A stretch of 64,000 nucleotides of DNA from Eledone cirrhosa. Lineage: Eukaryota. The notes beneath the pieces are model-generated. The model was not told the origin of the DNA. It made no database searches and saw only the letters and a list, made by a program, of their open reading frames with translations. Position 1 is the stretch's first letter; the number at the start of each line of letters is the position of its first letter. Both the position numbers and the translations under genes were made by a program. The DNA lies in contig OZ024743.1 in NCBI GenBank assembly GCA_964016885.1, forward strand, positions 84,568,001 through 84,632,000. The letters run 5' to 3'. Positions 53,341-64,000 of the stretch are shown piece by piece.

Positions 53341-54265
53341 AATAATTTTTTCTACTTTTGGCACAAGGCCAGCAATTATTACAGTGCATTACTGGTACTT
53401 ATTTTTATCGACCCCTTAAGGATGAAAGTTAACCTCAGCAGCTAAATGTTGAATATCTTAGTATATTGTTTTGAATAGAAATATTGACATTTGTTAATTA
53501 AAAACTAATTCTAAACAGTTAAAGATAACTATAAACTATTATTATTGGCAGTATTGGTAGAGCTTTGGACAACGTGCTTTGCAGCATAGAGTTACGTTCC
53601 TTTACGCTCTGAGTTCAAATCCCGCCGCGATTAACTTTGCTTTTCACCCTTATGGGGGTTGATAAAATAAAGTATCAGTAATGCACTAGGGTTGATTTAA
53701 TCGATTCCCCTCCCCCAAAATTGTTGGCCTTTTGCCTAAATAAAAAATTATTATTATTATTACTATTGGCAGTATCAATAGAGCCTCAGACAACATGCTT
53801 TGCAGCATATAGTTACACCCTTTACATTCTGAATTTAAACCTACCAAGGTTAGGTTTGCCTTTCATCCTATGGGGGTTGATAAAATAAAGTACCAGTAAC
53901 ACACTGGGGTTGATTTAATTGACTTTCTCCTGCCTTTTAAATTGCTGGCCTTGTGCCAAAAGTAGAAATAATAATTATTTTTATTTTCTTAATTTGAAAT
54001 ATTGGAGATCCATTTACCTGGTCACTTGCCCAAATCTCCATCATGGTACAAAAGATGTTCAAATGAAAAAGTAGTTTCTAGTTTAGACCGGATTAACTGT
54101 TTTAGGATATCATTTGCCATTTCTATTAAGTCTTTTAATGTCTGGAATAACAATGATTGAAATGGAATGTCATTATCTTTTTATAGACTTACGGGGTCGA
54201 TAAAATAAAGTACCAGTAATGCACTGGGTAATTGCTGGCCTTGTGCCAAAAGTAGAAACAATTAT
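53341..54265. mobile_element. Family B SINE cluster: 53341-53440 (-), 53545-53760 (+), 53766-53975 (+), 54189-54265 (+)
   Basis: Nin-like core and GGCCTTGTGCC 3' end repeated; (ATT)n tails. Confidence 0.85.
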
Positions 54266-54388
54266 CTTTATATAGACTGGCCATGATGACTGCCTCTACC
54301 TTGTTCAATTTTGGCTAAGAAACAAGGTCAACTCTGAATTCGGAACAGTTTTGCCAAGTTCACAAATGTCTATGACCCCAATATACAA

Positions 54389-54795
54389 TAAACCCTTTTG
54401 ATGCCAACCCAGCTAAAACAATCTCTAGTTCTAGAAACAAAACCACCCATTTCAAAGAGTTCCTACTTAACCCTTTTGAACCAACCTCAACAAAAATGGC
54501 CCTGGTTCTGTGAAACAAAACCTTCCATTTTAAAAGATTCCTATTTAACCCTTTTGATACCAACCTGATGAAAACCAGCTCTGATTCTACGAAACAACCT
54601 CCCATTTCAAAGAGTTTCTGTTTAAACCTTTTGTTACCAACCTGACTAAAAACTCTCTAGTTCTGTGAAACAAAACCTCCCATTTTAAAAGATTTCTTTT
54701 TAAATCTTTTGTTACCAACCTGACCAAAACCAGTTCTGGTTCTCCAAAACAAAACCACCAATTTCAAAGAGTTCCTATTTAACCTGTTTGATCAA
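54389..54795. repeat. ~78-bp tandem repeat, 5+ copies, of the piggyBac-like terminal sequence
   Basis: TTAACCCTTTTGATACCAACCTG..GGTTCTGTGAAACAAAACC..ATTTCAAAGAG units starting ~54389, 54466, 54545, 54622, 54699 and 54779. Confidence 0.85.
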
Positions 54796-55211
54796 CGTAG
54801 AATTAAATTAATTTAAACAATGCTTGAACCACAAAGCTGTAGGCTGTAGATTTGTTACTAACAGCTACTAATTTTGTTACTCTTTCTTCTTAACCTGTTA
54901 ATAATAACATGAATGTTAATTTTCAGCTAAAAATAAATGTGGATGTGAAGGCTTGAATGCCTGAATGCTGCTGTCTTGTGTAGTTAGTCTGCAGTAGCAA
55001 TTGAAAACAACTCTCCTCCCTCCATACAAGGGTTCTGTATGTCCTCTTATAACCAATTCTGGCTGTGATGGCTCTGACTTGGTGGGGGTGGGACTTTGAT
55101 CCCTGCAACACCTGCAACACCACTACCACCACCAACAACAACAACAACATTGACATAGGAGGTGGTGGGGGTGGGGGGTCGAAGGTCAGCATGAAGTTAA
55201 TTGAGATTAAA

Positions 55212-55449
55212 ATGGCTGAACAAATGCATTACCCATACACCATGAGTGGCAAGATTGTGTGCTTTCCATGGAAATACCATTGGACTAATGATAGATTTAT
55301 GAGATATGTTGCATTTGCTGTCTTAGTACCAACTCCTTTGTACATCAAAATTCATAATCTTGCAAACCAACCTGCCAACTGACTGAGCGAAATGGGATGC
55401 AATCTGAGCTAAGAGAGAGCAAACTCACTTTGATCCAGTGAAGCCTTAG
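55212..55449 (+). pseudogene. Disabled, intronless copy of a small single-TM protein gene similar to Drosophila roh (CG30415)
   Basis: aaaATGG start; MAEQMHYPYTMSGKIVCFPWKYHW..PLYIKIHNLANQPAN matches the recalled YPYTxSxKIxxFP..KIxxLxNxPxN motif; after a 4-bp CTGA duplication the frame continues *AKWDAI*AKREQTHFDPVKP-TAG; both TGAs restore to CGA (Arg). Confidence 0.75.
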
Positions 55450-55495
55450 AAAAATTTCAACTGATTGTTGAATTGTAACAACTAAATTAAAAATA

Positions 55496-56770
55496 CCAAC
55501 ATCATCCCTACCACCTCCACCTTCAACAACAAGAATAACACTATCACCAACAACCACAACACTACCAGTACCACCACCACCATCAACACCACCACCATCA
55601 ACAACACTACCACCACCATCAACACCACCACCATCAACACCACCACCATCAACACCACCACCATCAACACTAACACCACCATCAACACCACGACCACCAC
55701 CAACACTACCACCACCATCAACACCACCACCATCAACACTACCACCATCAACACCATCAACAACATCACCACCACCACCACCACCAACAACATCACCACC
55801 ACCACCACCACCAACATCACCACCACCAACAACATCACCACCACCACCAACAACAACATCACCACCACCAACACCACCACCACCAACATCACCACCACCA
55901 ACAACAACATCACCACCACCAACAACATCACCACCACCACCAACACCACCACCACCAACAACATCACCACCAACAACAACATCACCACCACCAACAACAT
56001 CACCACCACCACCATCACCACCAACAACAACATCACCACCACCACCAACATCACCACCACCAACAACAACATCACCAACATCACCAGCACCACCAACAAC
56101 AACATCACCACCACCACCACCAACAACACCACCACCACCACCAACAACAACACCACCACCAACAACATCACTACCAACAGCAACAACATCACCACCACCA
56201 GCAACAACAATATCACCACCAACAACAACAACAACATCACCACCACCAGCAACAACATCACCATCACCAACAACAACAACACCACCAGCAACAACATCAC
56301 CAACAACAACATCACCACCACCAACAACAACAACAACAACAACACCACTACCACCACCAACAACATCAACACCACCAACAACATCACCACCAGCAACACC
56401 ACCAGCAACAACAACAACAACACCACCACCACCAACAACAACATCACCACCAGCAACACCACCACCACCAACATTACCAGCAACACCACCACCACTACCA
56501 GCAACAACACCACAACTACTACCACCAGCAACACCACCACCACCAACAACATCACCACCAGCAACACCACCACCACTAACATTACCAGCAACACCACCAC
56601 CACTACCAGCAACAACACCACAACTACCACCACCATCAACGCCACGACCACCACCAACACTACCACCACCATCAACACCATGACCACCACCAACACTACC
56701 ACCACCATCAACACCACCACCACCAGCAACACCACCACCACATAATAACATTGACAACAACAATACAAAC
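55496..56770. repeat. Imperfect (CCA/CAA/CAT)n trinucleotide tract
   Basis: Direct reading; generates the poly-G/V and poly-V/L ORFs. Confidence 0.97.
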
Positions 56771-56997
56771 TTCATACCATGTAGCAGGTGTTATGTGGAC
56801 ACAGGGACATACACTAAATATCTCTTTTTTTTCCCATTCCACACCCTTTCCTATTCTCCTTCCCCCAATCTCCTCCACTCCTTACTCCTCCCTCTCTCCA
56901 TTCCTCCCCTCATTATTGTTCTAATATTTCAATTTGTCTTTTGATACTTTCCACACCTGTTACCTGTATTATGTATATTTTGTTGTTGTTTTATTAT

Positions 56998-57215
56998 TGG
57001 TGGATTGCCAGTATCGGTAGAGGGTCGGACGCCATGCTTTCCAGCATAGTTACGTCCCTTTACGATCTGAGTTCAAATCCCGCCTAGGTTGACTTTGCCT
57101 TTCATCCTTACGGGGTCGATAAAATAAAGTACCAGTAATGCACTGGGGTCGATTTAATCGACTTTCCCCTCCCCCAAAATTGCTGGCCTTGTGCCTATAC
57201 TAGAAATCATTATTA
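56998..57215 (+). mobile_element. Young full-length family B SINE
   Basis: Complete head, core, GTCGATTTAATCGACTTTCCCCTCCCCC block and (ATT)n tail; CpGs retained; further fragments at 57250-57397 and 57670-57785. Confidence 0.92.
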
Positions 57216-57997
57216 CTGCTGCTGCTGTTGTTGTTGTTATTACTAATATATGAGTTCAAATCTTGTATAGGTCAACTTTGACTTTTAACTTTTTTGGTTA
57301 GATGAAATAAAATACCAGTTAAATACTGGGGTTGATACCATTGACTGTTTCCCTCCTCCCTTTATGATATATGCCCATGTTAGATATATATTATTATTCC
57401 CATGTGAATGGGCCTACTCTGAACCTGTAGGATGGTTAATTTGAGAAGGAGATGGGTGTTCTCAAAGTGTTTTGTGGTTCAGGATTGGTGGGGTACCTGT
57501 GTCGTTCTCCCCTGTATTGAGGAATTTTATTGTTGTAATTTTATTATTGTTTTTGTTAATTTGTTTTGACTTGATTTTATTATAGTAACCCCCCACTGTC
57601 CCTATCTTTATGTATTGTCCCCTATATGTAGGCCCTAGAGGCCAATAAAGAAATTATTATTATTATTATAATCCCGCCGAGGTTAACTTTGCCTTTCATC
57701 CTTACGAGGTCGATAAAATAAAGTACCAGTAATGTACTGGTATTTGCTGGCCTTGTGCCAAAAGTAGAAACAATTATTATTATTACTAATATAATTAATC
57801 CAACTTTACTAATATATTCCTGTTAATTAATCTATATTTAATTATCTCTTTTAATTCGTTTTTGTTTTTCTGTTTTTTTTTTATGAATTAAAAAAAAACG
57901 AAACAATGTGTGTGGGGGTGGAGGCATTCTTTGTTTTACATTTTTTAACTGTTGTACCTTGAGAGTTATCAATTATTTTTATCTTCATGTCAAGAAA

Positions 57998-58477
57998 GAT
58001 CTTTGGAATAATGTTATTTGATAGTGTGCGTAGCTCGGAGATCAGAGAGTTGCTCCAGGTCGAGCTGCTATTTCTCCAAATTGAGATATCTCAACTCCAG
58101 TACTGTGGGTATGTGGTTAGAATATCTCAGGAAAGAATCACTGGACAGATTTGTAGCTTGGAGATCAGAGAGTTTCTCTAGGCAGAGCTGCTACTTCTCA
58201 AAATTGAGAGATCACAACTCTGGTACAATGGGTATCTGGTTAGAATGCCTCAGGAAAGAATTACTGGACAGATTTTACTGGCAAAACCAACCAGCAGGAG
58301 ACCCAGGGGTAGACCCTGAGTAAGATGGTTGGATAAACATCCATAATCTTAGCTGGTCTTGCTTGGGGATCCAGCCGGATCAATTGGAGACAGTTGCTTC
58401 TGACAGGACTCACTGGAATGAGTATTTGAGGACTCTGCCCCCACGACCTTCTCGGGAATAAGTGGGCATTGAAGAAG
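57998..58477 (+). mobile_element. 5'-truncated RTE-clade LINE fragment with internal 123-bp duplication and ~92-bp flanking direct repeat
   Basis: Encodes RKIFGIMLFDSVRSSEIRELLQVELL..IEISQLQYCGYVVR..RRPRGRP; ends GAAGAAGAA; homologous to 585-912. Confidence 0.88.
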
Positions 58478-58964
58478 AATGTGACTGGGGGAGGTATTCT
58501 TTGTCATACACTGTTCAACTGTTGTACCTTGAGAGTTGTTATCTATTATTTTTATCTTTATGTCAGGAAGTGAAAATGTTCTAGATAAAATGACGTAGAA
58601 CTGTTCATAAGAAAATATTGGTTTATTTCTCTTCATTTTACTATTTGTCTCTTCACTATTATTATTAAAATTATTTAAAATATGTTGAAAAAAAATATGT
58701 ATATAGCAAATGACTTCAACAATTTTAACTATGGATTAACACTGAAGACATAATCTATAATATTATTCTACTATAGTACATTTATGTAGCTAATGCTTTT
58801 ACAAATCTTAATACACTCTATTACATCCAACTACATCTTAATTTTCACACCAGAGAAGAGTGCATATAAGTGAAATTGAACCCACAGACCCAGTGAATAA
58901 AGTACAGTATTTGCCACATTAAGCTGTGGATCCTAAAACAATATATAAATATTGTTATTTAAAA

Positions 58965-59525
58965 CATTTCCTAGTCAACTGTCTTAACAATCATATCAAT
59001 GTTATATATATAATAAATTATGTCTCCAATTTTGTTCCATAGTTTATTAGTCAATAGTCTTAACTCATATCAATGTTGTCTATATAATAAATTATGTCTC
59101 TAGTTTTGTTCCATAGATTTTCAGTCAGCTGTCTTAACAATCATATCAATGTTATATATTATGTCTCCAGTTTTGTTCCATAGATTTTTAGTCAACTGTC
59201 TTAACAATCATATCAATGTTGTATATTATAATAAATTATGTCTCCAGTTTTGTTCCATAGATTTTCAGTCAGCTGTCTTAACAATCATATCAATGTTGTA
59301 TATTATAATAAATTATGTCTCCAGTTTTGTTCCATAGATTTTCAGTCAACTGTCTTAACAATCATGTCAATGTTGTATATAATATATATATATAAAATAA
59401 ATTGTCTCTAATTTTGTTTCATAGTTTATGAGTCTATTGTCTTAACTCATATCAATGTTGGAGACATAAAATATATCTCCAATTTCATTCCAGAGTGTAT
59501 CAGTCAATTCTCTTTATAATCATAC
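58965..59525. repeat. ~70-85-bp AT-rich tandem repeat, ~7 copies
   Basis: AGTCAACTGTCTTAACAATCATATCAATGTT..AATTATGTCTCCAGTTTTGTTCCATAG. Confidence 0.92.
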
Positions 59526-59764
59526 AAATATTGTGTTGTATCTTAGATTTCATTCTATAGTTAAGATGGCCCTTGTTTAACTCTTGTCCTATACTGCATC
59601 AAACCACATTTGCAAGATATTCCTGAAAAATACAAAACACTATGATTGCATCCCATTAAAAATTCAAATCTTTATTATAGACTAATGCTGCAAATTTTGA
59701 TAATGATTTGTCCACTAAAATAAAGTTACTCTAAGTATTTGAATAAAATGAACCAAGTATACTT

Positions 59765-60775
59765 TGTAAAGTTGTTGCTGTTAGGAAAGGCATCCAGTTA
59801 TAGAAACTATGCCCCCCAAAAAGGGTTGAAAGGACTTTTCAGCAGAGTTAAGTACATAGTAACCTTCGTAGTGCTGGTGCCATGATGAAATGCATGCAAT
59901 ATACTCTATAAAGTGGTTGGTAATTGTAAGGGCATTCAGCCTTAGTATGCATCCCAAAATCAGAATGTAAGTGAGACGTTGCCACCCCCCAGCCTATCTG
60001 GAAGGACAGTAGCTCCAATTTTGTACTGACTTGGCCTTTGATAATCTATCCAACCCATGCCAGCATGGCAAAATGGACATTAAAAAATGGTGGTATATGA
60101 TCGTGATCATATACCTATATATTATAGTTATGTACACAAATGCATTTAACCTCAACCCACCAAATAAATATCCTTTGTATTTGGATTTATAACATCTTCA
60201 ACATTCATAAGTAATTGCTTTCTTTCCAAATGTTTGGAGATCTCTACCAAAGATGGTCAGTGTTATTCCAATTGGAATATACTGTTCTCTTGTAGGTTTT
60301 CATAGTCATTTTTAAACAATGGATGATAATGCACGCTGTCCAATCTGTAAATCGGTAGTGCTTGTGCCACAAGAAAATGTACCTAGTATATTCTGTGAAG
60401 TAACAGTGTCAGTGCCATGATAAAATGCACCCAGTATACCCTGTAAAGTGATAATGCTGGTGCCATGATAAAATGAACTCAGTATACCCTGTAAAGTGAT
60501 AGTGCCGGTATCACGATAAAACACCCAGTACATTCTATAAGGTGGTTGGCATTAGGAAGAGCTTCCAGCTACAGAAACCATGCCAAGAATGAATCATTTG
60601 AGTAAGATGTGGTCCTTCTGACACCATCATATCCCTGACTATGACAACCTGTACAACCCTTCCCAGTATGGAAAACATACAAACAAACAAAAAACAATGA
60701 GTATGATGATGAATCAAGGTGGTGCCCCAGCACCGCCACAGCCTGATAACAGAAACTATCAAAAGAATAAAAGAG
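59765..60775 (+). mobile_element. Two family A SINE-like copies (59765-60100, 60350-60715) and a family D 3' end
   Basis: GTTAGGAAAGGCATCCAG; four GTGCTGGTGCCATGATAAAATGCACCCAGTATACCCTGTAAAGTG-type units at 60354-60540; GGTGGTGCCCCAGCAC. Confidence 0.75.
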
Positions 60776-61120
60776 TGTTCTAGTAATTATCATATATAAA
60801 TTAATTTGCCCTTCTAGATGAGTTGCATGAAACTACAACTTTGTAATGGATAACAACCTATATCATTTCATTCTCATTTTCAGTTACATCCCTTTACCCT
60901 GGACCGTGTCCTTCACTCCCATAAGCCTATTGAAAGTATTGTAACCCCTAAAAGCTAAATGCTTTTTTTCAATTTATGTTTTTTTCAGAGCTGTCCTCTC
61001 GGATTCTACACCTCTTCGCAGGTTACAATCTTATTTCATTCCAGTTTTTTTTGCATGCTTTGCTGTTGTCACTACTATTATTATTATTTAAAAAAAAGAA
61101 CCATTTATTATTATTGTTAT

Positions 61121-61925
61121 TGGTGGATTGGCAGAATCGGTAGAGGGTTGGACACCATGCTTTGCGGCATAGAGTTGCGGCCCTTTATGTTCTAAGTTCA
61201 AATCCCACCCAAGGTTAGCTTTGCCTTTCGTCCTTACGGGGTCGATAAAATAAAGTACCAGTAACACACTGGGTCGATTTAATCGACTTTCCCCTTCCCT
61301 TCACATTGCTGGCCTTGTGCCTAAAATAGAAACAGTTATTGTTATTGTTATTCTTATTATTTCTGTGTCCCACAGTAGTCTAGTCTTGTGAGAATCTTTG
61401 TGCTTGTTTTGACCGACCATCAGGTGTGAAGTGGTTTCTTTGTATGTTTTTCACTTTGTCTTAAACAGTGGGTAAGATGGTTGAAACAGAGGAGCACCAC
61501 ACTAAATGTCTTCATCTCTCAGTTTCTGATTTTAAAATCCCCATTGATGGATTACTTTGTTTTTTGTTGTTGTTTTTTTACCTTTCAGCCCTCCAGGGTT
61601 GGTAACATAAGTAAGCTGGTACCAGTTATACACTGAGGTCGATTCAGTCGACTATAGTACAGTCACCCCTATAGAAAAGATATATAGCCTTGCATATTGG
61701 AGAAAATTTATATTATCATTTCTACATGGTTTTAATGTTTTGGCATGGTATAAGAATGCTTCTTATTGGGTCACAACCCATGGGATACAATGAGATTAAC
61801 TTTGCCTTTCATCCTTACGGGGTCGATAAAATAAAGTACCAGTAATGTACTGGGATCAATTTAATCGACTTCCCCCTCCCTAATTGTTGGCCTTGTGCCT
61901 GAATCAGAAACTGTTATTATTACTT
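61121..61925 (+). mobile_element. Family B SINEs: 61121-61350 full-length, 61580-61650 diverged, 61795-61925 3' half
   Basis: Same head, core and tail motifs as 56998-57215. Confidence 0.85.
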
Positions 61926-62157
61926 ATGTGCTATGCTGGTTTTAATGAGTGAATCCCTCAGTTAACCTTACATTAATGTGTTATATTTCATTTGAGAGAA
62001 TATATGCTGTGTAAGTAACATTGGATATTTCAGATATTTTACTACAACACCACTACTGACAATAACAATAAGTGTCTTAAATCTTATTGTTGTTGCTGTG
62101 TAGGGTCCCATGACAGATCTTGTTCCTGATGCCAACCCTTTTAGTCACATCTTACAA

Positions 62158-62492
62158 CACACAAGGATGCTGTGTATCTATTCTAAACTAGATATACACA
62201 GGGATACTGTGTATCTATTCTAAAGTGGACACACACAAGGATACTGTGTATCTATTCTAAACTGGACACACAGAGATATTGTGTATATATTCTAAACCAG
62301 ATAAACACAGGGATACTGTGTATCTATTCTAAACTGGACACACACACGGATATTGTGTATCTATTCTAAACTGGATATACACTCAAGGTTATGGTGTACC
62401 TATTTTAAACTGGATAGTTACACACAGGGATATAGTGTATCTATTCTAAACCAGATAGATACACACAGAGATATGATGTACCTATTCTAAAA
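62158..62492. repeat. ~36-42-bp tandem repeat, ~8 copies
   Basis: ACACAGGGATACTGTGTATCTATTCTAAACTGGA. Confidence 0.92.
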
Positions 62493-63037
62493 ACAACATT
62501 TTATATATTATTCTCAGACCAAAATATCCAATATTGCTGCAGCTCAAAGAAAAGTTTTTTGGTGCTTTTTTTCTTCTGGTTTTTGTTTTTGCATTTTGCA
62601 TTTTTTAATTTTACCCTTTTTTACCATTTTTAGTGTTGCTTAAAAGAACAGAAAAATATATCAAATAAACTTAGCTTTCACTCCCTGCTTTTGGTTTTGC
62701 TGTTTTAAAACAGTAACTTTAGCTACACTTTCAATTTTGTTTTTTCATTCTTTCAGAAGGAAATTCTTTGACGTATGTCTGATAATTTCTTTTTTCTTTC
62801 TTTTTTCCTTTCTGAATTGTTTTATATTTGGTCTTAAGAAATGTAGATACTTGTCCATAGTTGGTGCAGCACCCTTAAGTGATTCCTCGATCTGCTAGAA
62901 ATAGCAGGCAAATTTTCATCAGATCCCACCCTACCAGCTTAGAAAAGAAATGATGTAGTCTTAGATATACTTATCACATCTGAAGATTCAGAAAGAAACA
63001 TGATGTAATTGTTTCAGCTTTTGTTATAGGTTCAATC

Positions 63038-63458
63038 CAGGTAGGTGCTACCATTAAGGCCAACCAGGCAGCCACATAGGGTGCAGGCCTCGGAGAGGAA
63101 CATTACTGAGCCTTAAAGGGTCACAGTTTTATACAAATATGCATTATTAAATTAAATATATAATAATTTCCTACAATCAATAAATAAATCACTAAGCATC
63201 TCTGTGGGTTAGCAGCAGTGTGAAAATATCCAAAGTGGTGGAAAGAGTTGTATGGTGTTATTATCTCTATGGTTTTACATGGATGTGTGTCTACTGTGTA
63301 GGGGGAAATGCAGGCTTAATAATTTTCTTAGTGTGGTTAGAACATGAAATGCCAAAAACTATGTTTGTCAATTTGCCAAACTGTAAATTGAAATTATTTT
63401 ATTTGGAAATATAGGATACACAAGTGGGAGAAATGAGTGCACATTGTAGAGCTGGCCT
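63038..63458. mobile_element. Possible degenerate hAT-like MITE
   Basis: CAGGTAGGTGCTACCATTAAGGCCAACCAGGCAGCCACATAGGGTGC start (shared with 48507); GTAGAGCTGGCCT candidate end. Confidence 0.3.
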
Positions 63459-63550
63459 AATGAGGGACAGAAGACAACATGACAGGAAAAATTGTCGATA
63501 ATTGTTGGCTTGAGAAAATTCAGTTAAGGAAGAGAACAGAAATGTTTGGT

Positions 63551-63680
63551 TTAACCCTTTTGGTACCAAACCACCTGAAACTGCCCCTGGTTCTATGATA
63601 CAAAACCTGTTTGTTCTAAAGTGTATATATCTATGTTAAAACCTTTGTTATGTTCCAAACACCAACTTAACTCTTAACTT
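63551..63680. mobile_element. piggyBac-like MITE terminus fragment
   Basis: TTAACCCTTTTGGTACCAAACCACCTGAAACTGCCCCTGGTTCTATGATACAAAAC, homologous to 5855-5915. Confidence 0.5.
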
Positions 63681-64000
63681 CCTGCATTGAAAGAAACCGC
63701 ATTAGCAAGACATTCTTGGAAAGTATAGAAAAACACTATTAAAAATTAATGTCTATACTCTAACTCTGCACATCTTCACAACGTCCACTAATAAACATAC
63801 TATAAATATTAGAATTAGAAAACCTGTTTTTAGACACTTTTTTGCTAAATCATTATGAGATGATAAAAAGTAATAAACTTATTTTTATTGATATTTTTTG
63901 CCATATCATTACAATTTTCTGCTAAATCATTACTATTTTCTGCTGAATCATTACAATGTTATGTTGTGTTACCAGTTAATAATTTTAATTATTAGTATAT

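Noticed and set aside
54565-54600. CTGATGA..GAAAC hammerhead core on +
   Set aside because: No stems; sibling repeat units lack the motif, so it is a chance variant
55345-56775. 476-aa Gly/Val-rich and 428-aa Val/Leu-rich minus-strand ORFs (cuticle or shell-like protein)
   Set aside because: Trinucleotide tract open in several frames; overlaps the pseudogene antisense; no independent coding evidence
56998-57090. tRNA gene (A and B boxes)
   Set aside because: No cloverleaf; it is the tRNA-derived head of a multicopy SINE
62905-62935. TCATCAG (minus-strand CTGATGA)
   Set aside because: No stem II or appropriately placed GAAA/NUH downstream

Overview
Eukaryotic, AT-rich, repeat-saturated DNA with no intact protein-coding gene; nearly every ORF in the supplied track is a by-product of tandem or low-complexity repeats. 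The SINE families resemble those I recall from octopus/coleoid cephalopod genomes (inference, not verified). About 35 kb is tandem repeat: a 48-bp minisatellite expanded inside a SINE (1.7-3.8 kb), a 55-bp satellite (9.6-18.9 kb), a 17-kb ACACT-derived complex satellite with kb-scale higher-order duplications (19.5-36.9 kb), a G4-prone 40-bp array and several smaller arrays. Interspersed repeats are dozens of tRNA-derived SINEs (Nin-domain and CORE-type) and decayed fragments of three non-LTR clades (CR1-like RT, RTE/Expander-like 3' ends, a CRE-like restriction-like endonuclease 3' end), plus probable piggyBac-like and hAT-like MITEs. The most notable signals are: (1) two minimal type-I hammerhead ribozyme folds on the minus strand at 47118-47187 and 47479-47528, plus a probable third cut by the window start, belonging to a set of short fold-back inserts that share an AGAGTACTCAATAC motif (Penelope-like pLTR remnants); (2) a disabled copy of a small roh/CG30415-like gene at 55212-55449; (3) repeated unusually long (about 30-90 bp) target-site duplications.
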